Shown here in pieces: positions 35,987 through 45,558 of a DNA stretch of 64,000 bases. The DNA is from Escherichia phage Mangalyan. The stretch lies in sequence record OR449013, one strand, 5' to 3'. How positions within the stretch are numbered: position 1 is the stretch's first letter; every line of letters starts with the position of its first letter. The notes below the pieces were generated by a model that was not told the origin of the DNA, ran no database searches, and saw only the letters and a list, made by a program, of their open reading frames with translations. Made by a program: the position numbers and the translations under genes.

Positions 35987-36333
35987 AGAAGTTGATTGTG
36001 TGGCTGGATGACTTGAGAGATCCGTCAAATTACGGGCTCCAAGACGCTGTTTGGCTAAAGAATTCCTCCGAGTTTATAGATTTTATTAACGATAATAGAA
36101 AGCTCTACAGACGCGTTTCTGAGTGGCACATGGACAACGACCTTGGAGAGTTGTTCGAAGGGTACGATTGCCTATCTATGTTGGAGGAAAAATTTGTATT
36201 TGGTAAGCCCCCTGTAGTTGACAACGTGAAGATTTTCGTGCATACTTCTAACCCATCAGCGGCTCGTAAATTCATGCTTGCAGCTGACTCGTTTAAAAAG
36301 TTTGGAATAGAGATTAAACAAAACATCTACTGA
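35983..36333 (+). CDS. hypothetical protein coupled to RNA ligase and Sir2-like genes
   Basis: 116-aa ORF whose ATG overlaps the ligase stop. Confidence 0.45.
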   Translation: MKKLIVWLDDLRDPSNYGLQDAVWLKNSSEFIDFINDNRKLYRRVSEWHMDNDLGELFEGYDCLSMLEEKFVFGKPPVVDNVKIFVHTSNPSAARKFMLAADSFKKFGIEIKQNIY

Positions 36334-36341
36334 GGACACTT

Positions 36342-37103
36342 ATGCGACGACTGATTATTATCTCCGGTGCTGGTTTGAGCGCTGAATCTGGTATTCCCAC
36401 TTTCCGATCTGGTAGCACTGCAATGTGGGAGAATTTCAGCATCGATGAGGTGTGCAACATCCACACCTTTGCCAAGAACTACTACAAGGTGCATGACTTT
36501 TACAATGCACGTCGTGTAGCTCTAGGCGGTGTTGAGCCTAACCTTGCACATCTTCGGATCGCTGAGTGGTATTCCCGCTGGTCTGGTCGTGTGATCAACC
36601 TTACCACCAATGTAGATGATTTGCTGGAGCGTGCTGGTGTAAAACATGAAGATATTTTACATGTTCACGGGTATTTGCCAGAAATAGTCTATGAGGACGA
36701 TGAAGGAAGTGACGTCATTAAGGACATTGGATACTCTGAGGTAGATGCAGGAAAGTATACCTGGGTTAAACCTAATGTGGTGTTCTTCGGAGAAGTAGCT
36801 CCGAAGTATACAGACATGTATGACCTGTTGACTTCTCTTACAAGCAATGATATGGTTATCCTTGTAGGGTGTTCCAACACAGTTATCAATTTTAACTGGG
36901 AGCTATTCCCTGCCTGCAATAAGGGCACCAAACTGCTGATCGTTAACAAATACGACTCACAGCATCTAGAGGAGAATGGCATTTCACGTAGTGATATTTA
37001 CCAGTACGAGGATCGCGGCATCCCGGTTTGGTTTAACGGGGCGGTTGACGCTTTCTCTGATAAAACATTCATTGAGACCGTAGAAAACTTTATGGAACTT
37101 TAA
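36342..37103 (+). CDS. Sir2-family NAD-dependent protein (sirtuin-like, lacks Zn-ribbon cysteines)
   Basis: Rossmann motif ISGAGLSAESGIPTFR, TTNVDDL, catalytic HVHG, VVFFGE; no CxxC...CxxC zinc module. Confidence 0.7.
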   Translation: MRRLIIISGAGLSAESGIPTFRSGSTAMWENFSIDEVCNIHTFAKNYYKVHDFYNARRVALGGVEPNLAHLRIAEWYSRWSGRVINLTTNVDDLLERAGVKHEDILHVHGYLPEIVYEDDEGSDVIKDIGYSEVDAGKYTWVKPNVVFFGEVAPKYTDMYDLLTSLTSNDMVILVGCSNTVINFNWELFPACNKGTKLLIVNKYDSQHLEENGISRSDIYQYEDRGIPVWFNGAVDAFSDKTFIETVENFMEL

Positions 37104-37116
37104 AAGGAGACCTTTA

Positions 37117-37830
37117 ATGCTGAATACTAAACTGATCGACAACCTGGAAAAACTGTCTCAGCCTGAAAACTACCTTTGGTCTGCCAACTGGGTGGAAAAC
37201 TGGAACCGTGTGGCAGCTAAAGTGAAAAAATCATACACACCATTCGAATTACAGCTTAGCTTCATTGAGGAAGAGTTCAATGAGGTTTTGGAAGAGCTGG
37301 AGAAAGGTGATGGTGGAGATCACCTGCTAAAAGAGGCCTGCGATCTTCACGTTGTCACAAGTTATGCCGCTTATCTTGTTAATGATAATCACGAAAAGTG
37401 GTCAAACCTGTTTGATAATCCACGAGGTCTTAAGTTCAAGATCGGTGAGTTCTATGATACACTGATCGCTGCGAAAAACACATCCAAGCAAAGAGCGTCA
37501 GCTTACCGCTTAGCGGAGTTGTCAACAGCTTTGCTGTTCCAGCTTCGCGGCGATGTGTGTGGGATGATGCGGAAGGTTCTCAAATCTAATGACAGCAAGT
37601 TTGCACGGATCAACCATCTACGATATTCTCACGGTGCCAGTGCAGATATGTCTACTGAATTGCTCATAGAGTTAGAGATTGAAGATCTTGAGCGTCGTTT
37701 TGGTGGTCGCTACGAAGGTTTCGTTGCTAAAGAGGAGTTCTACAACGGTAATAAAGTTATTATATTCCTTGACAGTAAAGGTAAGATTATGAAGCCTTCG
37801 AGCTTCAAGGATGTAACAGAGTATATTTAA
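37117..37830 (+). CDS. MazG-like nucleoside triphosphate pyrophosphohydrolase domain protein
   Basis: EEEFNEVLEELEKGDGGDHLLKEACDL acidic metal-binding helix pair; extra C-terminal domain of unknown function. Confidence 0.45.
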   Translation: MLNTKLIDNLEKLSQPENYLWSANWVENWNRVAAKVKKSYTPFELQLSFIEEEFNEVLEELEKGDGGDHLLKEACDLHVVTSYAAYLVNDNHEKWSNLFDNPRGLKFKIGEFYDTLIAAKNTSKQRASAYRLAELSTALLFQLRGDVCGMMRKVLKSNDSKFARINHLRYSHGASADMSTELLIELEIEDLERRFGGRYEGFVAKEEFYNGNKVIIFLDSKGKIMKPSSFKDVTEYI

Positions 37831-37836
37831 CAACAT

Positions 37837-37862
37837 AGCCGGGATTACCCGGCTTTACTTAT
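37837..37862 (+). terminator. terminator-like hairpin
   Basis: AGCCGGG-ATTA-CCCGGCT followed by TTTACTTATT. Confidence 0.35.
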
Positions 37863-37892
37863 TATGGAAAGTATGCAGTGAGGTAGTTAGTT

Positions 37893-38201
37893 ATGTACAA
37901 GCATTCCAGAGATCTTGAAAAAGATGCTGTGTTTGGCGACCAGATGAAGGAGCTGATCAAACTTATAGGTAGAATGGAAGATAAGTTTGACACTAAAATC
38001 TACATCGATAGCAAGATCTTCAACCACAAAATATGGACAAATGTGTGTGTTGGGCTACATGGTGATAAAGATATTGTAAATTTGGTTGTAATAAAGTTCA
38101 TAGTGTGGCAGAATAGGACTATACGTTATTCCGATCCACACTTACTTGTTTATCCTATAAAAGACCTACTACAGAAGGAGGACTGCAATGCCGTTATTTA
38201 A
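37893..38201 (+). CDS. hypothetical protein
   Basis: 102-aa ORF. Confidence 0.4.
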   Translation: MYKHSRDLEKDAVFGDQMKELIKLIGRMEDKFDTKIYIDSKIFNHKIWTNVCVGLHGDKDIVNLVVIKFIVWQNRTIRYSDPHLLVYPIKDLLQKEDCNAVI

Positions 38202-38457
38202 TCTTGCTAAACCTGTAGAAGCACACCAGTTTGATGGAAGCTCTTCATCAGTATCTGATCTGCAACGGTGGATTGATACAGGTGTGTTTACATCGTCACC
38301 TGTTCGGACCAGAGATATTCGTCGCATGTGTGAGCTTGTTGAGCCGTTTGGTAACCTTGTCCTGTACCAGGGAGATTGGCTAGTTGACTTTATGGGAGAC
38401 TGGTTGGTAATGAGTAAAGAAGAGATGTTTAAAATTTTTAAGGAAGAGGCCGAGTAA
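38188..38457 (+). CDS. hypothetical protein
   Basis: 89-aa ORF with AGGAGG SD. Confidence 0.4.
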   Translation: MPLFNLAKPVEAHQFDGSSSSVSDLQRWIDTGVFTSSPVRTRDIRRMCELVEPFGNLVLYQGDWLVDFMGDWLVMSKEEMFKIFKEEAE

Positions 38458-39740
38458 TGCATCAAATCAAAACAACACTGTACGCACTGAACAAAGATGG
38501 CAGCTACCAACAGTGGAAAGTATTCACTGATGGCGAAAAGGTTATCGTAGAGTTTGGCAAGCTTGACGGTAAATTGCAGTACAAAGAGACGGTATGCACA
38601 CCTAAGAACGTAGGTCGTGCCAATGAGACTACAGCTGAGCAACAGGCCGAGCTTGAGGCTATCAGCAAGTGGGAAAAACAAGTCCGTCTGGGGTATGTTG
38701 AAAACATGGAAGATTGCGAGCAGGGTGTTGATCTTTTACCCATGCTGGTGCATGACTACCTGAAGCGTGGCAAGGCACTTAAACTACCTTGCTGGATCTT
38801 GCGTAAGTTAGATGGCCTTCGTCTGCTTGTTGTTTTCCAAAATGGTGAGCCTAAATTTATTTCCCGTGGTAATAAGTCCTACCCTATTCAAGGAAAGCTT
38901 TTAGAGCAACTTCGTTCTTTCCATTCTACCACTGGGATTAAACAACTTGATGGGGAACTATACATTCATGGTCTTCCTTTGCAGAAAATAGTGTCTCTTG
39001 CTAAACGGTGGCGCACACAGGAAGAGATTCAGGCCGAGATCGATAAAGACTATGAGGCAGATAAAAAACGCCGTCATGCCGCAATTAAGTCCGGCTTATC
39101 AACATACAAAAACTTCAACAAGGTAGATATTCCTGTCGATGTTGAGCCTGTTCGTGATGATTTGCGTTACGGTGGGTACTGTAGCTACGATCTGGAGTAT
39201 CACATTTTTGATATTCCTAGCGACAAGGTGTGGTGGGATCCCGAAACAGAGTCTGGACGCTGCAAGGATCTTATGGATGCAGAGGATACCGTTACCACTC
39301 TGATGCTTGACCATATCAAGGTTGTTGACGCAGAGCTTGCGTACACAGTTGATCATTGCGAAGAATCTGTTGGTATATTCATGTCCGAAGGATATGAAGG
39401 TACCATTATGCGTAACTTCTGTGGTAAATATGAGTACGGTCAGAGAACATCTGAAGCATTGAAATGGAAAAAGTTCAACGACGCAGAGGTGAAAGTTATT
39501 GACGTTGAGAAAGATAAGAATGATGAAGGTGTTCTTATCTGTGTTGACAAGGAAGGTATTGTTGTTAAAATGAAGATGAAAGGTACGCACGAGGAGCGTA
39601 GCTATGACAGAATGCAGGAAATGATCGGCAAGTTTGTCACCTTCAAATATCAAGCAAGGACAGAAGACAACAACTACCAATTCCCTGTCGGTATCTGCGT
39701 CCGAAATGTTAACCCAGACACTTGGGAGGTGCTGGAATAA
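38457..39740 (+). CDS. ATP-dependent DNA ligase
   Basis: Motif I LRKLDGLR (KxDG), motif IV EGTIMR, motif V LKWKKF; 427 aa. Confidence 0.7.
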   Translation: MHQIKTTLYALNKDGSYQQWKVFTDGEKVIVEFGKLDGKLQYKETVCTPKNVGRANETTAEQQAELEAISKWEKQVRLGYVENMEDCEQGVDLLPMLVHDYLKRGKALKLPCWILRKLDGLRLLVVFQNGEPKFISRGNKSYPIQGKLLEQLRSFHSTTGIKQLDGELYIHGLPLQKIVSLAKRWRTQEEIQAEIDKDYEADKKRRHAAIKSGLSTYKNFNKVDIPVDVEPVRDDLRYGGYCSYDLEYHIFDIPSDKVWWDPETESGRCKDLMDAEDTVTTLMLDHIKVVDAELAYTVDHCEESVGIFMSEGYEGTIMRNFCGKYEYGQRTSEALKWKKFNDAEVKVIDVEKDKNDEGVLICVDKEGIVVKMKMKGTHEERSYDRMQEMIGKFVTFKYQARTEDNNYQFPVGICVRNVNPDTWEVLE

Positions 39741-39882
39741 TTTAGGTATGTTTAGTAGCCAATTGAATAAGTGTTTTCAATTTGCACCTACATATGCCCT
39801 GATGTATGAACTGTGCAACCTAGCCACACCACACAGTGGTGCTGATCGGGGCTCGTTATGAGTGAACTGGAGAGTATGAAAA

Positions 39883-40353
39883 ATGAAACTTGATAAAAAT
39901 GTTCAACGAAAGGCTTTCTTGGATATGATCGCATATTCGGAAGGCACAGATAATGGTAGACAACCTACCAAGGATCGGGGATACGATGTCATAGTCGGAG
40001 GCAAGCTGTTCAGCGATTACAGCAAGCATCCCGGTGTTTACGTTAAGCTAAATGCTAAACTTACCTCCTCCGCTGCTGGGCGTTACCAGGTTTTGGAGAA
40101 GTTTGCTAAACACTACATGGAACAGTTAGGATTGCCAGATTTTGGCCCTGCCAGTCAGGACAAGATTGCGTTGCAACTGATCCGTGAGTGCAAGGCTCTC
40201 GCCGACATTGACGAAGGGCGTATCCACGAGGCTATCCATAAATGCCGTTCCCGCTGGGCTTCGTTGCCTGGTGCTGGATATGGTCAGCATGAACAGAAGA
40301 TTGAGAAGTTGATCGAGGTGTTTAAAAAGGCAGGCGGTGTTGTCCTTGATTGA
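39883..40353 (+). CDS. endolysin, lambda R-like lytic transglycosylase
   Basis: Near-collinear similarity recalled to lambda R (KAFLDMIAYSEGTDNGRQ..., GYDVIVGG, SAAGRYQ, WASLPGAGYGQHE). Confidence 0.8.
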   Translation: MKLDKNVQRKAFLDMIAYSEGTDNGRQPTKDRGYDVIVGGKLFSDYSKHPGVYVKLNAKLTSSAAGRYQVLEKFAKHYMEQLGLPDFGPASQDKIALQLIRECKALADIDEGRIHEAIHKCRSRWASLPGAGYGQHEQKIEKLIEVFKKAGGVVLD

Positions 40354-40356
40354 TCA

Positions 40357-40385
40357 TTGACATAACCACACGGACGTGGTATTGT
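40357..40385 (+). promoter_or_regulatory. sigma70-like promoter (TTGACA-17-TATTGT)
   Basis: Upstream of the 40417 gene. Confidence 0.5.
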
Positions 40386-40416
40386 TACCTCATAAAATGT
40401 TTAGGAGGGTTTAACC

Positions 40417-40623
40417 ATGAAAGACTTTCTGTTGGCAATTTTGTTCATGGCAGCATGTCTGGCCTGTGGTGTCGTGTTTGCAGGTGAAACAGCGTATCTT
40501 GTCGATGTATATCGGGACAATGGTAAACGTATTTGCCTTTATGAGACAAGTCAAGGTGAGCTCTACGAGCTTGTGAAACAAGGCGAGGCTGGATCTTGTC
40601 CTCGCACCCATTTCTTTGAGTGA
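40417..40623 (+). CDS. small secreted/membrane protein next to endolysin (possible lysis accessory)
   Basis: 68-aa ORF with hydrophobic N-terminus FLLAILFMAACLACGVVFAG; AGGAGGG SD. Confidence 0.4.
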   Translation: MKDFLLAILFMAACLACGVVFAGETAYLVDVYRDNGKRICLYETSQGELYELVKQGEAGSCPRTHFFE

Positions 40624-40632
40624 GGAGAATAC

Positions 40633-41097
40633 GTGGAAGACGGACGTTTAATGAAGTCTGAACGCAGGCTTATTGTGCAACTGATCCCAGAAACAGCTTG
40701 GTATAATAACCTCCGAAACGCTGTGAAGAAGAGTGAGTGGGATAAGATCCGCAAGAAGTGCTATAGAGAAGCCAACTACACCTGTGAGGTGTGCGGCGGT
40801 AAAGGCAGCAAACACCCAGTGGAGTGTCATGAACTTTACACTTTCGAAGAGGGAGTGATCCGGCTTGTCGGACTGATAGCGTTGTGCCCAGATTGTCACA
40901 CATCGGTGCATCCTGGGTTAGCAAATATCCGTGGAAAGTATGCTCAGGCAGTTAGTCAGTTAGCTAAGGTGAATAAGATCACCAAGGGTATGGCAGAGGC
41001 CTATTACCGAGACTGCTTTGCAGAGTGGCGTGAGCTTAGTAAAGTTCCAGAATGGAAGACTGACTTTTCGTGGATAGAGGGTTACCTTGATGGCTAA
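40633..41097 (+). CDS. HNH-family nuclease-like protein
   Basis: CEVCGG...ECHE...CPDCH...H zinc/HNH-like arrangement. Confidence 0.4.
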   Translation: MEDGRLMKSERRLIVQLIPETAWYNNLRNAVKKSEWDKIRKKCYREANYTCEVCGGKGSKHPVECHELYTFEEGVIRLVGLIALCPDCHTSVHPGLANIRGKYAQAVSQLAKVNKITKGMAEAYYRDCFAEWRELSKVPEWKTDFSWIEGYLDG

Positions 41098-41380
41098 GAA
41101 ACCTGTAAAAGAGAAATTCGATAAGACAGCTTTTGTATTCGATACACCTCTGGACGATATCATCAGAGGTATGCAAGCCTTGTATCGGAAGGCTGAATCT
41201 GAGCAGTTGTCTGAATCAGAACTTTACTGGCTTGGTTGGTGGGAGTTAAACCTGCCTAAAGCTGAAAGTTCTTGTCTGAGAACTGTTAAAACGTGCGCCC
41301 AAGAAAACGCTGCACTTGGAATCTACCACAAAAGGAAAAGATCAACAAAAAGCTCTCCAAGAAAGACTAAAAAGTCTTGA
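41087..41380 (+). CDS. hypothetical protein
   Basis: 97-aa ORF with basic C-terminus. Confidence 0.35.
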   Translation: MMAKKPVKEKFDKTAFVFDTPLDDIIRGMQALYRKAESEQLSESELYWLGWWELNLPKAESSCLRTVKTCAQENAALGIYHKRKRSTKSSPRKTKKS

Positions 41381-41406
41381 CAAAAGTGTTATTAATCTGA
41401 TATTAT
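41377..41406 (+). promoter_or_regulatory. sigma70-like promoter (TTGACAAA-N-TATTATCGG family)
   Basis: TTGACA 41377-41382, TATTAT 41401-41406, upstream of the 41440 gene. Confidence 0.55.
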
Positions 41407-41439
41407 CGGTCAGATATCTATAAACTAGGAGAACTAGAT

Positions 41440-41748
41440 ATGCTTAAAATTTTTATTATTGAAGATAAAGATATTGTCCAGTTGTATGCAAACGAGAATC
41501 ATAAAGGTATGATTCTGAAGAAGGCAAGCAACCTTCATGAAAACACAATTCAACCTGGCGATGTAATTAAGATCTGTGGTTATATGATACCAGACTCCTT
41601 GATGAAAATAACCCACCACTGGGGGTCTAATCCGTTCCTTTTTGAAAAGTATTGGGATGTTGAGTCACTTATTGCAGAGAGTGATGATGCATTCCATTAC
41701 AGCATCCAACCATCTTGCAGAATAACTAACAGGAGGGTCTTTGAGTAG
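41440..41748 (+). CDS. hypothetical protein
   Basis: 102-aa ORF with AGGAG SD. Confidence 0.4.
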   Translation: MLKIFIIEDKDIVQLYANENHKGMILKKASNLHENTIQPGDVIKICGYMIPDSLMKITHHWGSNPFLFEKYWDVESLIAESDDAFHYSIQPSCRITNRRVFE

Positions 41749-42880
41749 AGAATATCCACTTATTGAGTCCATAGATTGTCTGGCTGATCTTCTTGAACCT
41801 GACGCTATAGTTTATTATGACTTCGATCAGGTTGCATATCAAGCTGCAGCAAGTTGTGAAAAAAGGACAATTGAGGTAACACACAAAGCCTCCGGACGTA
41901 AGAAGATGTTTAAAACACGAACAGAGTTCTGGGGGCGGCAGAAGAACACCGTTGGTGGTTGGTTAAAAGCTGAGAATACCAACCGTGAAGCTGCATGTAA
42001 AAAGGCTGGCAAGGAGTTTATTCCGTGGACACGAGAAGATTTCGATGTCTTGGATATCCAAACCCCAGATCCTGTAGAGAACTGCTTGCACACAATTAAG
42101 TGTAAAGCTAATGCAGTCCTTAATTATCTCGGTATTCCGGAAGATCGGTGCGTTGGGGTGCTGGGAGGCACAGGTAACTTCAGACTAGATCTCCCAATGC
42201 CGGAAAGATATAAAGCCAACCGTAACAATACTCTTCGACCACTGCTGCTTGGAGATGCAAGGCAGTATCTCCAAAAGCAGTATAATGCTCAAGTGATCAA
42301 CGGTATCGAGGCTGACGACTGGTTAGCTATCCAGCAATTTGAAGGTTGGAACCACTACCAAAAAACAGGTAAGTTCAACAAGTTTATTATCTCTATTGAT
42401 AAGGACCAAAGAACACTACCGGGGCTTGTGTTCGATCCCATGCGAAATGATAAGGGAGATTTTGTAAGGGAAACCCCTATGCTGATCGATAACGGTATGG
42501 GTAACATCTTCATGAAGCCTAATGGAGAGGTTGGTGGTTACGGAATGCTGTTCTTCGGATACCAAATGCTGTGTGGTGACTCTGCTGACAACATCAAGCC
42601 GTATCAAGGACTTATCGGTAAGGGTAAGTTCGGGGATGCCTCAGCATTCTACCTACTGTCTCAGTGCAGCACTCCAAAGGAGATGTGGGCGGCTATTATT
42701 GATCAGTACAAGAAGTGGTTCCCGAAAGGTGTTGTTAAGTATACTGACTTCAATGGTATTGATCGTAGAATTTCCGTAGGTCAGTGGATGAGTATAATTT
42801 TTGACTGTTTGTATATGAAGCGAACATTCAATGATCGAACAAAACTTGTTAACGTTCTTAGAAATGTTGGAGCAATTTGA
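41741..42880 (+). CDS. 5'-3' exonuclease / flap endonuclease-like protein
   Basis: GIEADDWLA matches the G-x-EADD motif of FEN/Pol I 5'-nucleases. Confidence 0.55.
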   Translation: MSREYPLIESIDCLADLLEPDAIVYYDFDQVAYQAAASCEKRTIEVTHKASGRKKMFKTRTEFWGRQKNTVGGWLKAENTNREAACKKAGKEFIPWTREDFDVLDIQTPDPVENCLHTIKCKANAVLNYLGIPEDRCVGVLGGTGNFRLDLPMPERYKANRNNTLRPLLLGDARQYLQKQYNAQVINGIEADDWLAIQQFEGWNHYQKTGKFNKFIISIDKDQRTLPGLVFDPMRNDKGDFVRETPMLIDNGMGNIFMKPNGEVGGYGMLFFGYQMLCGDSADNIKPYQGLIGKGKFGDASAFYLLSQCSTPKEMWAAIIDQYKKWFPKGVVKYTDFNGIDRRISVGQWMSIIFDCLYMKRTFNDRTKLVNVLRNVGAI

Positions 42881-43212
42881 TGACTAAAAATTCTGTAGAT
42901 AATGCAATTATGGAAGCTGTTTTTGAGGATGATCATACAACAGGGACCATTAAAACAAAAAATACATTTATTGTTGCCACAGGTATGTGGCGGTTGTATG
43001 AAGATGACACTATTTCATACATCCTGTACACAGATGATTACGCAGATGACCGTGTATGGTCTGCTGTTTTAAAAGAGGATTGTGAGTTGATTGAGGGCGA
43101 GCGGTTATGCATGTTCACCAGTGTGGAAACAGATGTTAAGCTTTGCTCTCTCGTCTTGTTCAAAGATAAGGCTTATGCTCCTGATGAAGGAGAGGAGGAT
43201 GAGGAAGCATGA
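42877..43212 (+). CDS. hypothetical acidic protein
   Basis: 111-aa ORF. Confidence 0.4.
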   Translation: MMTKNSVDNAIMEAVFEDDHTTGTIKTKNTFIVATGMWRLYEDDTISYILYTDDYADDRVWSAVLKEDCELIEGERLCMFTSVETDVKLCSLVLFKDKAYAPDEGEEDEEA

Positions 43213-43838
43213 GAGAGCGTCTATTATCCATAGACCAGTCGTTGACACACACAGCTTGCGTTGTATGGGACGATGGAAAGCCTGTTCATAAGGTTGTGTT
43301 ACGAACTCAAAGCTCATCTGCAAAAGAGAAGAAACCAGGGACGGTTTCTTTTGCAACAGCTGCTGAGCGTATTGACTGGATCTGCAAACAGGTCAGATAT
43401 TATATCCACACGCATCACGTTGACACCGTGGTTATGGAAGGGCTTTCCTTTGGATCACGCGGGGATGCCACACGTGAACTGGCTGGGTTGTTTTACGGTC
43501 TTGAAATTATGCTTTGGGATGCCTTAGCTGATTGTGAAAATGACGGCCTGTTTAAGGTCCACACAGTGACACCAACAACTGCCAAAAAGTTTGCTCGTAG
43601 TCATCTTCCTGAAGAACTTGCTTTTGAGGAGAAGAAAAAGCTTGACAAAAAGACAGGTAAAGAGCATACTGTGAAGAAACCTGTTACAATGGATAAAAAG
43701 TTGATGGTTAAGGCCTGCGAAGTATCTGAACCTGGGTTCCTAGACGGGATCAATTTGGTACAAGGTAAGGCCGATCTCGCAGATGCTTATTGGATAGGCA
43801 GGGCTCATCTGGAGGGATTATCGCAAAGCGTAAAATAA
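43209..43838 (+). CDS. RuvC-like Holliday junction resolvase
   Basis: N-terminal LSIDQSL...CVVWDDG and C-terminal ADLADAYWIG resemble RuvC-fold catalytic motifs. Confidence 0.55.
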   Translation: MRERLLSIDQSLTHTACVVWDDGKPVHKVVLRTQSSSAKEKKPGTVSFATAAERIDWICKQVRYYIHTHHVDTVVMEGLSFGSRGDATRELAGLFYGLEIMLWDALADCENDGLFKVHTVTPTTAKKFARSHLPEELAFEEKKKLDKKTGKEHTVKKPVTMDKKLMVKACEVSEPGFLDGINLVQGKADLADAYWIGRAHLEGLSQSVK

Positions 43839-44395
43839 GAAAGAAAGCTGTCAAAGCCCCAGTTCATAACGGGTGGTTAAAAGATTCTAAGGACATAGCC
43901 AACTTTCGAAAAGAATTGTCAGAGGAGCAGGATGGTCTTGATCCGATCTTGTGCGAGCCACTTCGTAAGCCTTGTTTAGATCATGATCATCTGACTGGTC
44001 GTTGCAGGGGTGTTTTGTCTCAATGCACTAATACCTTTGAGGGGTATGTGCTTAAATACTGGATGAAATACTGTAACGAGTATACAGATTGCAGTTTATC
44101 AGAGGCGTTGCGCCGGATGGCTGACTATTTGGAGAAAGACTACAGCGACTTCCCGCTCCACAAAAACTACAGAGATGATATGACAAAGTTCTTGAGGAGA
44201 TGCTCTAAAGCTACGATTATTGCACGAGCAGAATCAGATCTCAATCTTGTCATTAATCCAGAGTGCACCAAGCATGAGGCTATTGAGCTCTACATGCAGG
44301 AGTTTATAAAGAAAACTGAGGAGAGAGATTTCTATGGGGATGAAAAAGGTATTCAATCCTTGCGACTCAGTCCTGATCAGGATGAAATACCGTAA
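43790..44395 (+). CDS. endonuclease VII-like (HNH) protein
   Basis: CLDHDHLTGRCRGVLSQCTN matches the Endonuclease_7 zinc/HNH signature; start uncertain (overlaps upstream gene). Confidence 0.55.
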   Translation: MDRQGSSGGIIAKRKIRKKAVKAPVHNGWLKDSKDIANFRKELSEEQDGLDPILCEPLRKPCLDHDHLTGRCRGVLSQCTNTFEGYVLKYWMKYCNEYTDCSLSEALRRMADYLEKDYSDFPLHKNYRDDMTKFLRRCSKATIIARAESDLNLVINPECTKHEAIELYMQEFIKKTEERDFYGDEKGIQSLRLSPDQDEIP

Positions 44396-44555
44396 CTGGA
44401 AAGGTGTTGTTGCAGATCGCTGCGTTACTGAGCCTAATTTATGGTTTGGCTCTACAGAGTATCATAAAGAAGAGCAGTGGTTGATGCGTGCCTTCGATGT
44501 AGACAAGGGCGAATATCGTGACTTCGCTTTAAAAGACATTCTTCAGTTTTACTAA
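44334..44555 (+). CDS. hypothetical protein
   Basis: 73-aa ORF with GAGGAGAG SD. Confidence 0.35.
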   Translation: MGMKKVFNPCDSVLIRMKYRNWKGVVADRCVTEPNLWFGSTEYHKEEQWLMRAFDVDKGEYRDFALKDILQFY

Positions 44556-44567
44556 GGAATCTTAACG

Positions 44568-45551
44568 ATGATGACAAAGTTAACTCTTGAGCAAATTTTA
44601 ACACTAAAGCAACAAGGATACACTAATAGACAAATTGCTCGTGAATTTTTAGGCCGTGAGTCACGTGAGAGCTGGATCCGACTACAGCTTAAACGTGCAC
44701 AAGAGAATATGTCAGAGATTGTAGGAGAAGCAACGGAGCGCTTCCTTGAAGAGCACAAAGGTGCTAAAGTTTGGGTGTATGATACAGAGACATCCCCAAC
44801 AAACGGCTGGTTCTTTGGGCACTATAAGACCAACATTCAAACCTGTGGTATTGAAGTTATGCCCTATATGCTAACTTTCGCAGGTAAGTGGTTAGACAGC
44901 TCTAGTGTGGTTGACTGCGCTCTTCCAGATTACAAAATGTGGGATGAGGATATTCACAATGATCTCGAATTGATTCAGGATTTGTGGTATTATCTGGATA
45001 AATGCGATGTCGCAGTAGCCCACAATTCAGGTTTTGACTGCGGGTGGGCCAACCAACGATTTGCATTTCACGGGTTGCCTCCAACAAGCCCCTACAAAGA
45101 GGTTGACACCCTTAAAATGATCAAGAAGGCATTCCGTTTGAATGCAAACACTTTAGAGTATGCATGCAAATACTTCCAACTGGCCCGACAGAAACTGATT
45201 GACCACACATTTGAAATGTGGATCAAGTGTGTCCATGGCGATCTTGAGGCATTTAAACAGATGCGGGAGTATAATGTTGGTGATATCCTGTCTCTGGAAG
45301 GCTTGTATTTGCTGGCTCGCCCGTTTGCTAAGCAGCACCCAAACATGTCATTGTACTACCAGGACGAGGAGCCAAAGGTTCGTTGCCCACGCTGTGGTGG
45401 AGAACACCTTCACGAGGAAGAAGCTTTGGCGTATACTCAGCTGAGTGCATTTAAAACATACCGCTGCGAAGGTTGTGGATCTGTTGTTCGTGATCGTAAC
45501 AACATCCGTACCAGAGAAGAGATGAAAAACACCCTGATTCAGATAATCTAA
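44568..45551 (+). CDS. DnaQ-like 3'-5' exonuclease with N-terminal HTH and C-terminal zinc ribbon
   Basis: Exo motifs VYDTETS, HNSGFD, YNVGD; HTH-like TNRQIAREF; CPRCGG...CEGCG. Confidence 0.5.
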   Translation: MMTKLTLEQILTLKQQGYTNRQIAREFLGRESRESWIRLQLKRAQENMSEIVGEATERFLEEHKGAKVWVYDTETSPTNGWFFGHYKTNIQTCGIEVMPYMLTFAGKWLDSSSVVDCALPDYKMWDEDIHNDLELIQDLWYYLDKCDVAVAHNSGFDCGWANQRFAFHGLPPTSPYKEVDTLKMIKKAFRLNANTLEYACKYFQLARQKLIDHTFEMWIKCVHGDLEAFKQMREYNVGDILSLEGLYLLARPFAKQHPNMSLYYQDEEPKVRCPRCGGEHLHEEEALAYTQLSAFKTYRCEGCGSVVRDRNNIRTREEMKNTLIQII

Positions 45552-45558
45552 CAAGTAG

